Of a stretch of DNA of 64,000 nt, positions 44,352 through 58,039 are shown piece by piece. The stretch is taken from positions 1,614,001 to 1,678,000 of the forward strand of contig NC_058369.1 of assembly GCF_018350175.1 (NCBI RefSeq), read 5' to 3'. The DNA comes from Felis catus (taxonomy: Eukaryota). The position numbers and the translations under genes are program-made. The notes below the pieces were generated by a model, which ran no database searches, was not told where the DNA came from, and saw only the letters and a program-made list of their open reading frames with translations. Position 1 is the first letter of the stretch. Every line of letters begins with the position of its first letter.

Positions 44352-47300
44352 TGTCTGCCATCAGCTCCGGGCCCCTGTCGTCCAGAGGGCTGCAGGGGAA
44401 GCAGACAGGATGTGAACTGGCTGCTGAGGCCCCACGGGGACAGAGAGGCAGGACGCCCCTTCCGGAAGCCTCAGGGCCTCCTGGTGCCCCACCTGAGCCG
44501 TGGCGCCCGTGTGCCCAGGTCGGGGTGGGGGCGGTGGGAGGACTAGTGGAGCCGTCTCCCACAGTCCCCCTGGGCTGGTCGGGGGTAAGTGCTCCCTGGT
44601 TGAGACCACCCAGGGTCTCAGGATGGTTCACCAGACCACAGAGTCCGCTCGTGGTTGGCTTGGAATGAGGGCCTCAAGGGACACTTTCTCTGATCCCTGC
44701 CTCACTCCAGGCCCCCCGGCACCACTGACACTGGGCAGGGTCACTCTCCGGGGGCGTTCGGGGGACGTTCCCAGCCCCACCCTTCGATGCCAGGACGTCC
44801 CAGTGGTGATGGCCACAGATGTGCCCAGACATGGCCTGAGTTCCCTGGGGGGCAGAGTCGTCTGGGTGAGACCTTGGCTCTGGACCAAGGTGGGTCACCT
44901 GGGCAGCATCTATGTGCTGTGGGTCCTGGGTCTGGCATCACTTCCTTTATCCAGGGGCTAATTTGCCCCACAACCCACCCCAGGGGGGCCCACCATGCAC
45001 CGGTCACTGCCCTGAGAACCAAGCTAAGGGTGGTGGTACGCAGGGGGAGGCCGTGGCTGTCAGTGCCCAGTTCTGGCTGTCCTTGGGACACAGCCACGCG
45101 GAGTGACCTGGGCTCCCACAGAAGGCTTCCCGGGGCTCTCCGCAGGAGCGAGAAGTTCTGGCTCCCGCTTCTGGCCCAGGAGAGGCTTCTGGGGGCAGCG
45201 GGGGGGGGGGGGCGGTGCAGGGAGCCCACTTGGTTTTGCAGGGTTTTCCAGAGCTTTCTGATGTGCTGGGGTGGTCGGGACAAATGACCACAGGCTGGGG
45301 TATGGAAAACAGCAGGAAATTGTTCTCCCACATTCTGGAGGCCAGATGTCAAAGATCCAGGTGGGGCAGGGCTGCGCTCCCCCTGGAGGGCCCAGGGAGG
45401 GTCCTTCCTGCCTCTTCCAGTGGCTGGTGTGGCCAGCGGTCCCTGGCGTGGCCACATCACTCAATCTCTGCCTTGTCCTCACATGGCTTTCTTCTAAGGA
45501 CACTAATCCAGTACGACTTCTCCTTAACTAATTGCATCTGCAAAGCCCCTATTTCCACTTAAGGCCCCATGCTGAGGATCTGGTGGAAATGAATTGGGGG
45601 GGGGCTGTATTCACTCCCCCTGCAGCGTCTTTGAGTGTGGATGGTGTGCTCAGAGTAGCCCATTTAGCACAGGCAAATGATTCCAGATAAACCCTCTTCC
45701 CAAATCCCAAGTAGCCCTTCCACTAATTTTCCCAGGACCGCTGCTCCGTGGAGGGGGTGGTGGTGGGGTATTTGCTGCTTTTATTGAGCAGCTAACGCCC
45801 AGTGGTCTGCTTGCTCCCCGCCCCGCCTCCCCGCACCTTCAGGACTTGGGTGTTCAGGGCCCGTCAGAGTGGCTCCCCACCTGCTCGCCCACCGAGAAAA
45901 CCAATCCTTTATGGCGCCAATGATTCCCGCTTCGCTATTGTTTGGGGGAGGGGGTGATCTTTTTTCTTTCCGAAAACATTTTTATTAATTTATTTTTAAT
46001 TCCATTAAAACTTTTGAGGTGCCTGGAGAGTCACATGCAGTGGTAGGAAAGGGCGGAGACGTGCGGAGACGTGCGTACCCTATGCACGGTTTCCCCTCTG
46101 GAAACACCTTGCAAAACCCGCGGTCAGCATGACGCGCACGCACGGAAGCCTCAGGGCGGTTGCGTCCCCGCCCCTCCCCGCCCCCCACTCTCCGGTGACG
46201 TTTTCCTTTCCGAAGCTGCCACCGTTTCGGGACCGTTGCACGTGTGGAACCACAGGGCACATAACCTTTTGGGATTTTTCCCCACTGCGCTTAATCCTGT
46301 GGAGATGCGCCCAGCCTGTTGCGCGCGCCACGAGGTCACTGCTGAGCGGCGTTCCCCGCGTGGACCGGCCCCGGCTCGGCGGTGCACCTGCCGATTCCAG
46401 TTTCCGGCCATCACGTACGGCTGCCACAAGGGCGTGCAGATTTCTGTGCAAACACAAGTCTATATATTTCTCTGAGATAAACGCTGAGGGATGTAATTTG
46501 CATGTTCAATTTTTAAGGAAAGTGCCAAGCCGTTTTCCAGGGCGGCTGCACCACTTTACATCCACACCAGCAGCATATGGGTGGTGTTAATTTATTCTTA
46601 CAATTCGGGGGTGCACATTTTTTCCTCTTCCTTACAGCAGGGAAAATTCTACTCTTCCCACAGCCTTCATTTAGTGAGCTCTAGTACCGTCGTTCTAATG
46701 AGCGATGCTGCCCCCAGGGGACACGGGGCCCTGTCTGGGGACGTCTCTGGTCATCAGGACTGGGGGAATCCTGGCACCGAGGGGGTGTGGTCGAGGACCC
46801 CACTCAGCTCCCACAGTGCCCGGGACGCACCCCGAGAACGGCCCAGTGTTTGCAGCGTTCAGGCTGGGGAAGTTCCCAGGAGGACCCGTCCTGGCGTCAC
46901 GCCCAAGGTGGGGGTCTGGGAAGACACCCCGCCAGGGAGCAGAGGGCACCCTGTCTTCCGTCAGGATGCAGCTTGCGCTGTCTGCCTGGTGGCCACTACG
47001 GCCACAGAACAGCAAAGGCAGGCTTGGGATTTTCAAAACATTTCCTACTTAGCAATAATGATTAAAAAAAAAAAAAAAAAAAAAAAAAGGAGGGTTGACA
47101 CAACACTTTCGGGAGATCTCCAGGCCGTTACATTGCATGACACAAGCCAATCCCCAAAGGTTACATGGTGTGTGTTCATACACCATTTACACACCGTTTT
47201 TGAGAAGACAAAATTGTAGTCCGGATGGGGGACAGGTTCATGGTTGCTGAGGTTGGGGGTGGAGGCCTTGTCGGGAGGGGCTTTTCGTGGTGCTGGTCAC

Positions 47301-47919
47301 ACTTCCACAGAATGTTACCGTCGGGAAAAACAGAGTGAACGATACATGGATTGCTTCTCTGATTTGTTATAACTGCACATGAATCTACGGTGACCTCCGT
47401 ACAAGTCTCAATTAGAAAAAAAAAAAAATCCTTCCACACTGCCTGGCTCCCCGTCCCTCCCGGCAGACATCCAGCCCCGCTTTGGGTCAGAAAAGGCCTG
47501 AGTGTGTCTGTTCTGGGAGCACAGAGCCCACGTGTGGGTTTCCAGAGGGCTCTGATTCAGCAGAGAGCTTCAAAGCAGCCACAAAACATCCAACTCAGGG
47601 AAAACTGCCCTTGGTTGGGCTTAAAAATATCTAAATTACTCAGCGCTAAATATAGATGCGAATGGAGAACAAACAGGCTGGCCCCATGGCCTGTTTTCCT
47701 TGGAAGGCCGGGGAATCCTGCTCAGCATCCACACTCAGAAGTGTCCGCCAGGACTCTAGGACCCCTGCACCGCGTGGCCACCCCCAACTGTGGCCTCTCT
47801 CCGAAGCGTGAAGCTCCCGAGTGGCCGGCTTTCTGTTCCAGGCCCAATGTCCCGAGAGGCTGCCTCTGGGCTGGGTTATGACCCAGGCCCCAGAGAACGG
47901 CCGAGATGGCTGCGCTGGG

Positions 47920-48275
47920 GGTGTGCGTGCGTGTGCATGTACACAAACTTGTGTGCAGGAGTGTGTGTGAATGTTCGGGGCACTTGTATGCATGTGTGTA
48001 TACACACGCGTGAGTGCATGTGCACGTCTGCACATAGATGTGTCGTGCGTGTGCGTGCACGAGCATGTACGTGTGGACATGGGCGTGTGTGTACTTATGT
48101 GAGTATACGTGTGCATGTCTGTATGTCATAATGTGCATCGTGTGAGATGTGTTTATACGTGTGCGTGTCGGTGTGTATGTATACTGCATGCACACGCATG
48201 TGTGTGGGCGTACGAGTGTACGTGTGCATGTGAGTGGGTGAGCACGCGTGCGTGTGTGTGCGCGTGAGCGCGCGG
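47920..48275 (+). repeat. Degenerate (TG/CA/CG)n alternating purine-pyrimidine tract
   Basis: About 350 bp of tgtgcgtgcatgtacacgcg-type sequence. Confidence 0.85.
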
Positions 48276-49261
48276 AGACGCTAGGAACAGACACCGGCTG
48301 TGTCACCACCAGCCCGTGCAGCAGACTCCAGCCTCCTCCTGGCTGGTGTCATAGTCCGTCACTGACTCACGGCCCAGCCATGGCCCCGGGAGACCAGGCA
48401 GCTATGCTGAGTCAGCCCAGGGAACATTCCTCACCCGTCGCCGCAACGCAGGAAGCACGTGATGGCACCAGGCGCCCGACCTGGCCGGACCTGCCTGGGC
48501 CAGCAGAGCCGCAGGGGGCCCCCAGGAGCCGTGGCAGAGCCGTGGCAAGCTGTGGGCAGGTGGGTGGTGGGCAGCCGGTCACCGTGCTGACTCCCGGTTC
48601 TGCCCCTGTTGAGGGTCCAGGGGAACAACCTGGGGTGAAGTTCACCTAAAACCAGAGCCTTAAGGGATGTCACCAGGCCCTGCCTGGGATCTGAGTCGAG
48701 GGCCAGGAAGCCATGCCAGGTTTGGGGGGGGCTCCTGCAGAAGAATCACATGAACAAATGTGTGAAAGGCAAGGACAACGGAGGCCCCCCCCCCCCGGCC
48801 CTGGGGTATATCGTGAAGCAGAGGTAACTAGAAAGGGGGGGCAGTGACCCCCAGACAGATCTGACCTTCCAGTGCACATAAGGATTAGACAACCCTGGGG
48901 ACGGGCAGTATTTCTTCCACGGTGGGCGCAAATAAGGCAAAATGGGGAAACAGTTTAGGGTGGGGTCTCTGCCCCCCTGGCACTTTGGACACTGGGCTGG
49001 GCTGTTCTCTCTGGGGTGTCCTGGGTGCTGTGTGGCCCGAGCAACATCTGTGGCCCCACTCCCTCAGTGCCAGGGCCCCTCCCCCCTGTGTGACAACCAC
49101 AGATGTCCCCAGACACTGCCCGGTGTCCCCTGAGGGCAGAGCTGCCCCTAGGTGAGAACCACTGGATTAGATCAGACCTTTATTCACATCCAAAGAGGTC
49201 CCATATAAACAGCCATAGAATAAGAAAGAAAATAAACACAAACCAGTGAATATTTATTCTT

Positions 49262-49562
49262 GGGATGTCTGGGGGCTCAGTCAGTTTAGCATCCGACTCT
49301 TGGTTTCGGCTCAGGTCATGATCTCACCGTTTGTGAGTTCAAGCTCCGCGTTGGGCTCTGCGCTCACAGCGTGGAAACTGCTTTTGATTCTCTCTCTCCC
49401 TGCTCCCTAGGGGCGGAGAGAGAGGGAGAGAGAGAGAGTCCCAAGCAGGCTCTGCACTGTCAATACGGAGGCCCATGTGGGGCTTGAACTCCAACCGTGA
49501 GAACTTGACCTGAGCCGAAACCAAGAGTCAGATGCTAAAACGACTGAGCCACCCAGGCGTCC
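49262..49562. mobile_element. Tail-to-tail fused Can-SINE pair (+ then -)
   Basis: The + copy is truncated in its CT tract at about 49408 and joined to a - copy that lacks its A-tail. Confidence 0.8.
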
Positions 49563-49577
49563 CCCCACCCCCACCCA

Positions 49578-50075
49578 GAGTCCAAATGTCCATCGATGGA
49601 TGAATGGATAAAGAAGATGTGGTCTATATATACAATGGGGTATTACTCGGCAGTCAAAAAGAATGAAATCTTGCCATTTGCAACTACGTGGATGGAACCG
49701 GAGGGTATTATGCGAAGTGAAATTAGTCAGAGAAAGACAAAAATCGTATGACTTCACTCATATGAGGACTTTAAGAGACAAAACAGATGAACATAAGGGA
49801 AGGGGAACAAAAATAATATAAAAGCAGGGAGGGGGACAAACACTAAAAAGACCCTTAAATACAGAGAACAAACAGTTGCCGGAGGGGAATTTTGGGTGGG
49901 GGGATGGGCTGAATGGGCAAGGGGCATTAGGGAGGACACTCGCTGGGATGAGCACTGGGTGTTATACGTAGGGGGTGACTCACTGGAATCTACTCCTGAA
50001 ATCATTATTGCACTATATGCTAACTAACTTGGAAGTAAATTTAAATAAATAAATAAATAAGCAAACGAATAAACT
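49578..50075 (+). mobile_element. Carnivore L1 (L1_Carn/L1_Fc) 3' end
   Basis: ccaaatgtccatcgatggatgaatggataaagaagatgtgg...tactcctgaaatcattattgcactatatgctaactaacttgga plus an (AAAT)n tail. Confidence 0.9.
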
Positions 50076-50989
50076 TAAAAAAATTTTTTTTTTTTTTTTT
50101 AAAGAAAGAAAAAGTTTCTTCTCAACCATGGAGCAGTCACTTTTCAGCAATGGAAGCCATGGAATGAATGGAGAAGGATCAGCAGCTCTGATCTTATGTA
50201 AACATTCAGAACTTCAGGACAGACGTGAACTAGAAATCGAGACCGTGGACCCAGGAAAGGCCGAGGCCACAAGTGAGGTGATGGGCGACCCCTTTAGCAT
50301 GTGACTAACACTTGGGCCAGGGTCCCACGGAGACGCGGCACAGGGCTCACTCAGGCAATTCACGTCAGCAGGGGTGTAACTGGTAAAAACCAAAGCAACC
50401 GAAACGCGGCCTGGCGAGCAGCGGATGCCACCTCGAGCTGCCCCTTTGTCTTCCCACGACGCCAGAAGGCCGGAGAAAGGCCACCACCTGACGCGCTCAT
50501 TCCGGACTCTCTGGTCTTGTGAACCCGTCTCAGCCTCAGAAACTGGACACTGAGGACTACAAGGATGTCCCCTCAAATCTTCTGCTTGGGCATTTATCCC
50601 AAGGGGGAAATTATCCAAAGGAGTTAAAGGGGGAACACTGACAGGTGTTTACAGCTGCGTTGTTTGTAACTGTGAAGGCTCAGAACAAAAGCACACGCCT
50701 CGCGCTGCAACGGGGGGGGGGGGGGACAGCAAATTCAATGGGACATTTCGCAGGTGCAACACTATGCAATGTTCTAAACGGTCCGTAGAAACGCGGAGCA
50801 CCGCGGAGGTGTGTGTGCAAAGAGGGACAATGGCAAAGTGCAAATGTTCGGTCATCTACCGTTGTGTTAAAATATATACGGATAAAGGCAGACTTGGGGC
50901 TCGAACTCACGGCCCTGAGATCAGGAGACACATGCTCCACCGACTGAGCCAGCCAGGTGCCTCTCAAAATGACAATTTTGTTAGTGACT

Positions 50990-51201
50990 TTTTTTTTTTA
51001 AGTTTATTTATTTATTTGGGAGATGCCGAGACAGTGCAAGAGGGGAGGGGCAGAGAGAGACGGAGACAGAGAATCCCAAGAAGGCTCCACACTGTCAGCG
51101 CAGAGCCCGACGTGGGGCTCGAACCCACAAAACTGCGAGATTGTGACCTGGGCCCAAATCAAGAGTCGGACGCTTAACCGACGGAGCCACCCAGGCGCCC
51201 C
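50990..51201 (-). mobile_element. Can-SINE
   Basis: Full - strand copy flanked by a tgttagtga duplication. Confidence 0.85.
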
Positions 51202-54200
51202 TGTTAGTGAGTGTTTTTATAATTTCCTTCAATGAAATGTTCTTCCGTGAAGGTATAATTTGCACGCAGTGAGATTTGTCCTTTTGGGCCCAGAGGCGAT
51301 GAGGTCGCACAAGCACGTCGTGTCGCGGAGCCGATACCGCCATTCAGATGCGGACCCCGTCACCCTGAGAACCTCCTGGAGCTTCTGTTTGTCGTCAGCC
51401 CCTGCACCCCCTGAGCTGCTCTGTTCCTGTCGTGTCGCCTCTTCCCGGAAGCCTACAGACAGACTCGTACGGTCCAGCCTCTGGCTCGGTTCACTCGGCA
51501 CAATGTCCTTGTGGTTCGTCGTGTGCCGAGGGCACCTTTTCAGTGCTGTGTGGTGTTCCCCGCCAGGGTCAGGGCAGGGATTGTTGGCCGTGCACCGACT
51601 GGGCGACACGGGTGTGTTCGGTGATTGTGAAAGACGCCGTGCTGTATGTTCACACGCAGGATTTGTGGCGGTCCACGTGCCCGGTCCTCCTGGGTGAGCC
51701 CCAGGCGTGGGATTTCTGGCTCCCTGGCAGGTGTATGTTTAACCTTACAAGTTAAACATTTTCCAAACGGTTCCCAAAGTCACTGCATTAGTTTGTACTT
51801 TGAAATAATCATATAGACAGGTGGTTGCAAAAATAGTACAGAGAGTCCCATGTGCCCCCCCCGCCAATGGTGACATCCCATGTGACCGTAGGACAACATC
51901 AGGCCGAGACCCCGATGCTGGTCGTTTGCTCAGATTTCGCCAGTCCTCCCGTGGCTCATCTGTGTGCAGAGTGGATTTCTGTCACCGCCCGTCCCTCCAG
52001 GAAGGTCTGGCCACCATTGCTGACCGGGCCGAACTGCTCATGGAGCTCCGTGCTGCCCTGAGCCCCACGGGGCAGATGAGGTCTGGCGTGAATGTTCGCT
52101 GGGTGGACTGGTGGGTAGATGCAGTGGGAGTGTCAGCAGAGAAGGCGGGGGCTCCAGTCGGCAAAGCTACGAGGTGGCCGAACCCTCTGTGTTTGTGAAA
52201 TCCTAAACGGCTTGGGCAACACTGGGGAGGCCCCCTCCCCCAGCCCCGCCCCACTCCAGGGTCTCTTCACCTCCGCACCAAGGACACCCAGGCCAGGGTA
52301 TTCCCTGTGATCAGTCCCTGGCCCAGCCACCCAAGGCCAGCATCGTGCCAGCCACAGACATCCCCAGACACGGCCCTGTGTCCCCTGGGGGCAGAATCTA
52401 AGTCCTTTATGGAACTTCCTTATCAGAAGAAACTTCAGCTAAAAGAGGTTCATCTGGGCAAAACGCAAACCGTGTTTCTGGAACCGAGATGGTTCGGTTT
52501 GAACTGAAATGGCAATGAACGAAAATAGAAGCTTGTTTCAAATGGGGGCTTAATTTTCTCGGCATCCGACGATCCTCTGTGACCACAAGAAGATACACAG
52601 GGCGAGCGAGCTGCCCCTTGAACTCCACCAACCACACTCTTGAAGCCGGTGCTGGAGAGGAGAGAAGTAGAAAGTGGAGCCAAGGGGAAGGTGGCAGACC
52701 CAAATTCTGCACAGATCCCAAAGCTGCTTGGCCTTGGGGGAGTTACCTCCCCTCTCTGAGCTCCAGCGAACTCTGCAGTGCTTAGAGCGACACTCGCTTC
52801 CTGGGCTGGCCCAGCAAACATCCAGGTCCCCACGTTCCAGGGCCAAGGAATGGGGGCGTCCAGAGGCCGGCAGCCCCAGGAGGCCCTCTTTGGGGCACCG
52901 TGGCAACTGCTAACTATAAACACAGCTGCTGCAGAGATGAAGCCAGAGACAGGGTGCCCTGCACATCCTGTGCCCGGCGGAGGTGGGAGGGCCGGTTTGC
53001 TGGAAGCTATTGAGAAATCCCGCTCCCCACGGAGCTGCTGCTCAGAGGTGGCCACTCCCCTCAGCTGCCCAGGGGCCGGGTGGGGCAGGTGCCACAAAGC
53101 CCACAGGCTCGGGGAAGAGCTGGGCAGCGTGAAGTTGATCATATTAAAAATAGAAGTGGATGGCAACGGGGGGGAGAGCCAGAAATGGAGAGTCCCGAAA
53201 TGATCTATTTTCTGTTGTCCCACTAATGCTTGTACGTCCCTGTCCCTTCTAGGCCACACAGCAAAGGTGAGACTGGGTTCTTTTATGCTCTGCTGTGTGC
53301 CCCAAACCCATGATGCTGGTCATGCCCCGGCCATGTCTGAGCCATTCTGAGCATGATCAGAAGCGCTCCGGCCCCTGTGGACCCTTAGCTGCAAAGCCCT
53401 CCTGCTGAGCCCCTGGAGCTTTTGGGTCTCAGGGAGAAGCGGAGTGATTTCCCGGCACCTTGTCCAAGGGCACAACGGCAGCCACCCCTTCCTGAAGGTG
53501 CAAAACACAGTGCACGCCTGGAAGTGGGTTCACATCTCGGCTCTGCCCTGAACTGGGTCTTAGCTTCCTCCATTAGGAAATAAGAGGGTGGTTCTAAAAG
53601 CTGAGAACGGATCCCGGTTTGTCATCTGGTGGTTCTAAGATCAAGACGATTCACGTCGATGGCCTCTACCTAAAGTCACTTGGACTTTGAATAAAAACCT
53701 CTATCTGCAGATTTTGGCTTGCACGACAGTGGGCGAACTGACACGGACAGACTCTCCCGTGAGGGCAGTCAGGAAAGCTGGACAGAACACAGAAGAAATC
53801 TGCTTGAAGGCACTGCAGGGTTATTAGGGCAGTGAAGAATTTATAGCCAGGGTCTAGGGGAGGACGGCAGCCCAGGAGTGGAAAATCTGCCAAGAGGCTG
53901 AGCAATGCTTCTATCAGCCTTGCAAGGCTGGTGATACAGAGATTGAGATCCAGGGCCCTCCACGTGGAGGGGGCTGGGTGAACTCCCCCTTGGTTCAAAC
54001 TGGGGAACAAGGTGCTGCAGTCTGAGTATAAGAAAAACCCAGACGTGGTGGTTTGGGAACAACATGGGCAGATGTTGTGTATGTTTTTCTTGGACATTTG
54101 AAAGAATGGTATTTTCTAACTAGACTGTATTTTAGATGGGACTTAATTTTACCGTCACTTTTACTGTATGTGACATTGCCTTGAAGAACTTTTTCCCAAA

Positions 54201-54399
54201 TAATCATGCAAAATTATGTGGTCCCAGCATTTATTACACACAGAAGGATACAAGTAAACAGGAAGCAGATGGGCTCTTACGGTGACTGCAGCTGAGTGCT
54301 GAATAAACTCAGTCCCTGATACTGGACTGAGGTGACCCCAGATTGCTAGCAGCCCTAAATGCTGGACATGAGTAAACATAAACCCTCTCCAGTGGAAAA

Positions 54400-55900
54400 C
54401 AACATCATCTTAGAATTCACGCTATTTCCACAAACAAGTCTGAAACACAATGTCTAACACACAACGAGAAATAACCAGGCATACAAGGAGGTAAGACCAC
54501 ATGAACAAAACCCAGCAGGAATAATGGGCAATATAAACAGACTCGCAGGGGTTCCCGACACTGTAGTTGAGAGACACTTTAAAATAACTGTGTTAGGGGC
54601 ACCTGGGTGGCTCAATCAGTTACATGTCTGACTTCAGCTCAGGTCATGACCTCATGATTCATTAGTTCAAGCCCCGCATCAGGCTCTGCAATGGCGGTGC
54701 AGAGCCTGCTTAGGATTCTCTCTCTTTCCTTTTCCCTCTGCCTCTTCCCCACTTGTGTGAGAGAGTTCTCTCTCTCTCTCTCAAAATACGTAAATAAACT
54801 TTAAAAATAACAGTTTTAATTACATTCAAGAAGACAAATAGGTGAGACCGGAATTTCAGCCACACTGGAAACTATAGAAAAAGGACTCAGTAAACATGTG
54901 GAAAATGCCAATATCTGAAACGTAATGACTCGATGTAAAAGAATAGTATCACTAAAGACAACGAAGGAGAGAGTTGGTTGAGCTGGAGGATAGTTCAGGG
55001 GAAAACACCCAGGACGAAGCACAGAGACACAGAGGGGAAGGAAAGGCAGAAGAGAAGGTGAAAGATGGAGAGGATACAGTACAGCCTAACGCATGTGACC
55101 GGGACTCTGGAAGGAGGAGGGAGGACGGAGCACAAGCAATCTCCAAAGCGATGATGACAATCTCCCCAAACTGAGGACTGAACAAAATCCTACTTTTAGC
55201 CACAGATTCAAGAAGTCCTGGAACCTCAGGCAGCATAAACATCTTAGACGCTGACAGAGAAGTCGCCAATGCGCCCGTGAAAAGGTGCTCCCTGATTAGT
55301 TATCACGGAAAACAAGTGAAATCCAGGGAGCTGCTTCTTGAGCACTAACTAGCGGGGCACAGACAAAAAAGACCAGCGACTGTAAATGTTAGGGAGGGCG
55401 TGGAAACGCTGCAAGTTTCACACATTTCTGATGCAAGAGTAAAGCGGTACAATCACGCTGGAAGATGACTCATCAGTTTCTGAAAAGGCTAAACACACAC
55501 CTACCCTCTGCCCCAGCAATTCCGCTCCTAGGGACCGACCCGAGATAAACGAAACCATAATTCTGTGGAAGGACTTGTACAAGATGTTCACACATCTTTA
55601 TTTATGATAGCAAAAACTGGAAACAGCCCAAATGCCCCCCAACAGGAGAGCAAACAGACTGTGCTAATCCACGCTATGTGTTATGATGACACAATGACAA
55701 AAAACAGCCTGCAGAGGAGGAGAAACCACACGTGTGGATCCCGAAAATATTCTGTCAAGCAAAAGAAGTCAGACATCAGAAATGTTCTGTGTCTTGATGG
55801 AGGTGTTGGTGCACACGGGTGTGTGTGTCAAAACTCATCAAGTTGTGTATTTACAATGTGTTCATTTCACTGAATGTGAATCATGCCTTGATAAAACCGG
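54400..55900 (+). mobile_element. Old L1 (L1ME/L1MC) fragments with a nested Can-SINE (about 54596-54805)
   Basis: A-rich ORF1-like remnants (cacagattcaagaag) and 3'UTR text (cccagcaattccgctcctaggg; aaaactggaaacagcccaaatg). Confidence 0.6.
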
Positions 55901-56944
55901 TTAATTACAAAGCAAACAGGCAAATGTACGCTGCTGGAGGGAAAAGGACCAACGATTAGGTGGATTCAGTGAAGACTTTAGACCTGGTGAAAATTAACTT
56001 CAAGATTTAAGAGGAGACCCAGACACCTCCAGACAAACAGTGGTGGACTGCCTCTCCAGCAGACCTGCCTTGTTAAGGTAGGAATAAAGGGATATCAGAG
56101 AAACAGGACCCCCAATAAAAGGTAGAAGAGGCGTGAGTGAGTGGAAGACACTGAGGAAGGGACAGAACTTGACGACACCATCCGGGTTCTCATGGAAAAA
56201 TCAACGGGAACTGGAAGCCCCTGGGAGAGCCCTGGAGCACACACGAATCAGAGCCACCAACCCCATAGTCACCTCCAACCAGTTTTTCAGCAGCTGTTCT
56301 GTGTGTTGGTCTTACAAACTGTAGGGCGCTCTTTTTTACTATGCTATGTTGGTTGTTGCATTCCAGTGACAGCGGCCTTGGATGTTTGCTAGTGACATTT
56401 TTGGATTGTGTGACTTCACACACGGGACAAATGAAGTCAGCACGCGAAGATCACGTACGCACATGCATCAGGCCTAGGGCGGGAGCAAGACACCCAAGGA
56501 CAAGCCCCAGAGTCCCCTGCATCCCTCCTTCTGACAGCTGGAGCCTGACCCTCCTCTACGCACAAACTGGGGGTCACCCCACCCCGAATCAAGTGCAACG
56601 TCCAAGCTGCTCACTCACTGTCCTCAGGTAGGAAATCTTCCTCCAGCGTCCATCCTGCTGTTGTCGCCTGAAGGTGTCCCCCCAAATTCATGTTGAAATC
56701 TGAATCCCCAAGGTGACAGTATCAGGAGGTGGGGCCTTTGAGAGGTGACTAGGTCCTCTCCCCACCATCTGCCCCTCTGGGTATGGGTGCTCCCCTGGTA
56801 ATGCAGCTGGCTGTCCTGAGCATCCCTGTATGGTTTCCCATGGTGTGTGGGGACCTGTGCAGTGTCCAGGGGATCCGTGCTCCTGTCTGCCTGCCTGTTC
56901 CTTTGGCCAGGGGTCCATGTCTTTCTCCAAAATAGCCCCTGTCC

Positions 56945-57420
56945 GGGGCGCCTGGGTGGCTCAGTCGGTTAAGCGGCCGACTTCAGCTCAGGTCACCATC
57001 TCGCGGTCTGTGGGTTCGAGCCCCGCGTCGGGCTCTGGGCTGATGGCTCAGAGCCTGGATGCCTGCTTCCGATTCTGTGTCTCCCTCTCTCTCTGCCCCT
57101 CCCCTGTTCATGCTCTGTCTCTGTCTCAAAAATAAATAAACGTTGGGGCGCCTGGGTGGCGCAGTCGGTTAAGCATCCGACTTCAGCCAGGTCACGATCT
57201 CGCGGTCCGTGAGTTCGAGCCCTGCGTCAGGCTCTGGGCTGATGGCTCAGAGCCTGGAGCCTGTTTCCGATTCTGTGTCTCCCTCTCTCTCTGCCCCTCC
57301 CCCATTCATGCTCTGTCTCTCTCTGTCCCAAAAATAAATAAACGTTGAAAAAAAAAATAAAATAAATAAATAAACGTTGAAAAAAAATTAAAAAAAAATA
57401 AACAAAACAAACAAAACAAA
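56945..57420 (+). mobile_element. Two tandem young SINEC_Fc copies
   Basis: ggggcgcctgggtggc heads at 56945 and 57145, followed by long A-rich tails. Confidence 0.92.
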
Positions 57421-58039
57421 ATAGCCGCTGTCCTGCCCCCCTGAATCACCTTTCTAGGAGAAATCTCACCCTGTGACTTCTGTGCTTAAAACTATCCCCA
57501 AGCGAAATCTGAGAAACAGGACGTTTCACACACGCGGACTCACACCCCGTGTGGCCTCTCGTGTCTGGTTCCCTCCCTGAGCGTCGTGTATTCAGGGCCC
57601 GTCCGCGGGGCGGCGGGTGTGGGTGCCTCACTTCTGCTCGCGGCCAAGGGATGTTCTGTCACGTGTGCAGAGTGTTTTAAGCAAACATTTTTTTTACAAG
57701 AAAAGGAAGAAAAAGGAAAGACCTTATCTTGCTGCTGTTGAAACGAAAACCTGTATCGCTTCCTTAATCGGAACCAAGGTGGGAGACGAAACTGATCAAC
57801 GGCTTGCGGGCCCTGGAGCACGAAATATAAGATCCGTGTTTCTGGTGCGTGGCCAGGACCACGGAGCGCTAGTGTTGTCCTATCTGTGGCGGTGTGCAGG
57901 GCCGGGAGCCACAGTCCTGGGCACGGCCCCTGGCGCCCGAGTCCCAGCGCTCTCACCCATAGGACGTGGAGCTGGAGAAGGCTCTGATTTGTTATATACG
58001 TAACTAGTAAAGATGCAGCAGGGGCTTCCTCCTGCGTAA

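Noticed and set aside
56945..57030. tRNA-like A/B boxes (gtggctcagtcgg...ggttcgagccc)
   Set aside because: These are heads of tRNA-derived Can-SINEs followed by (CT)n and A-tails, not tRNA genes.
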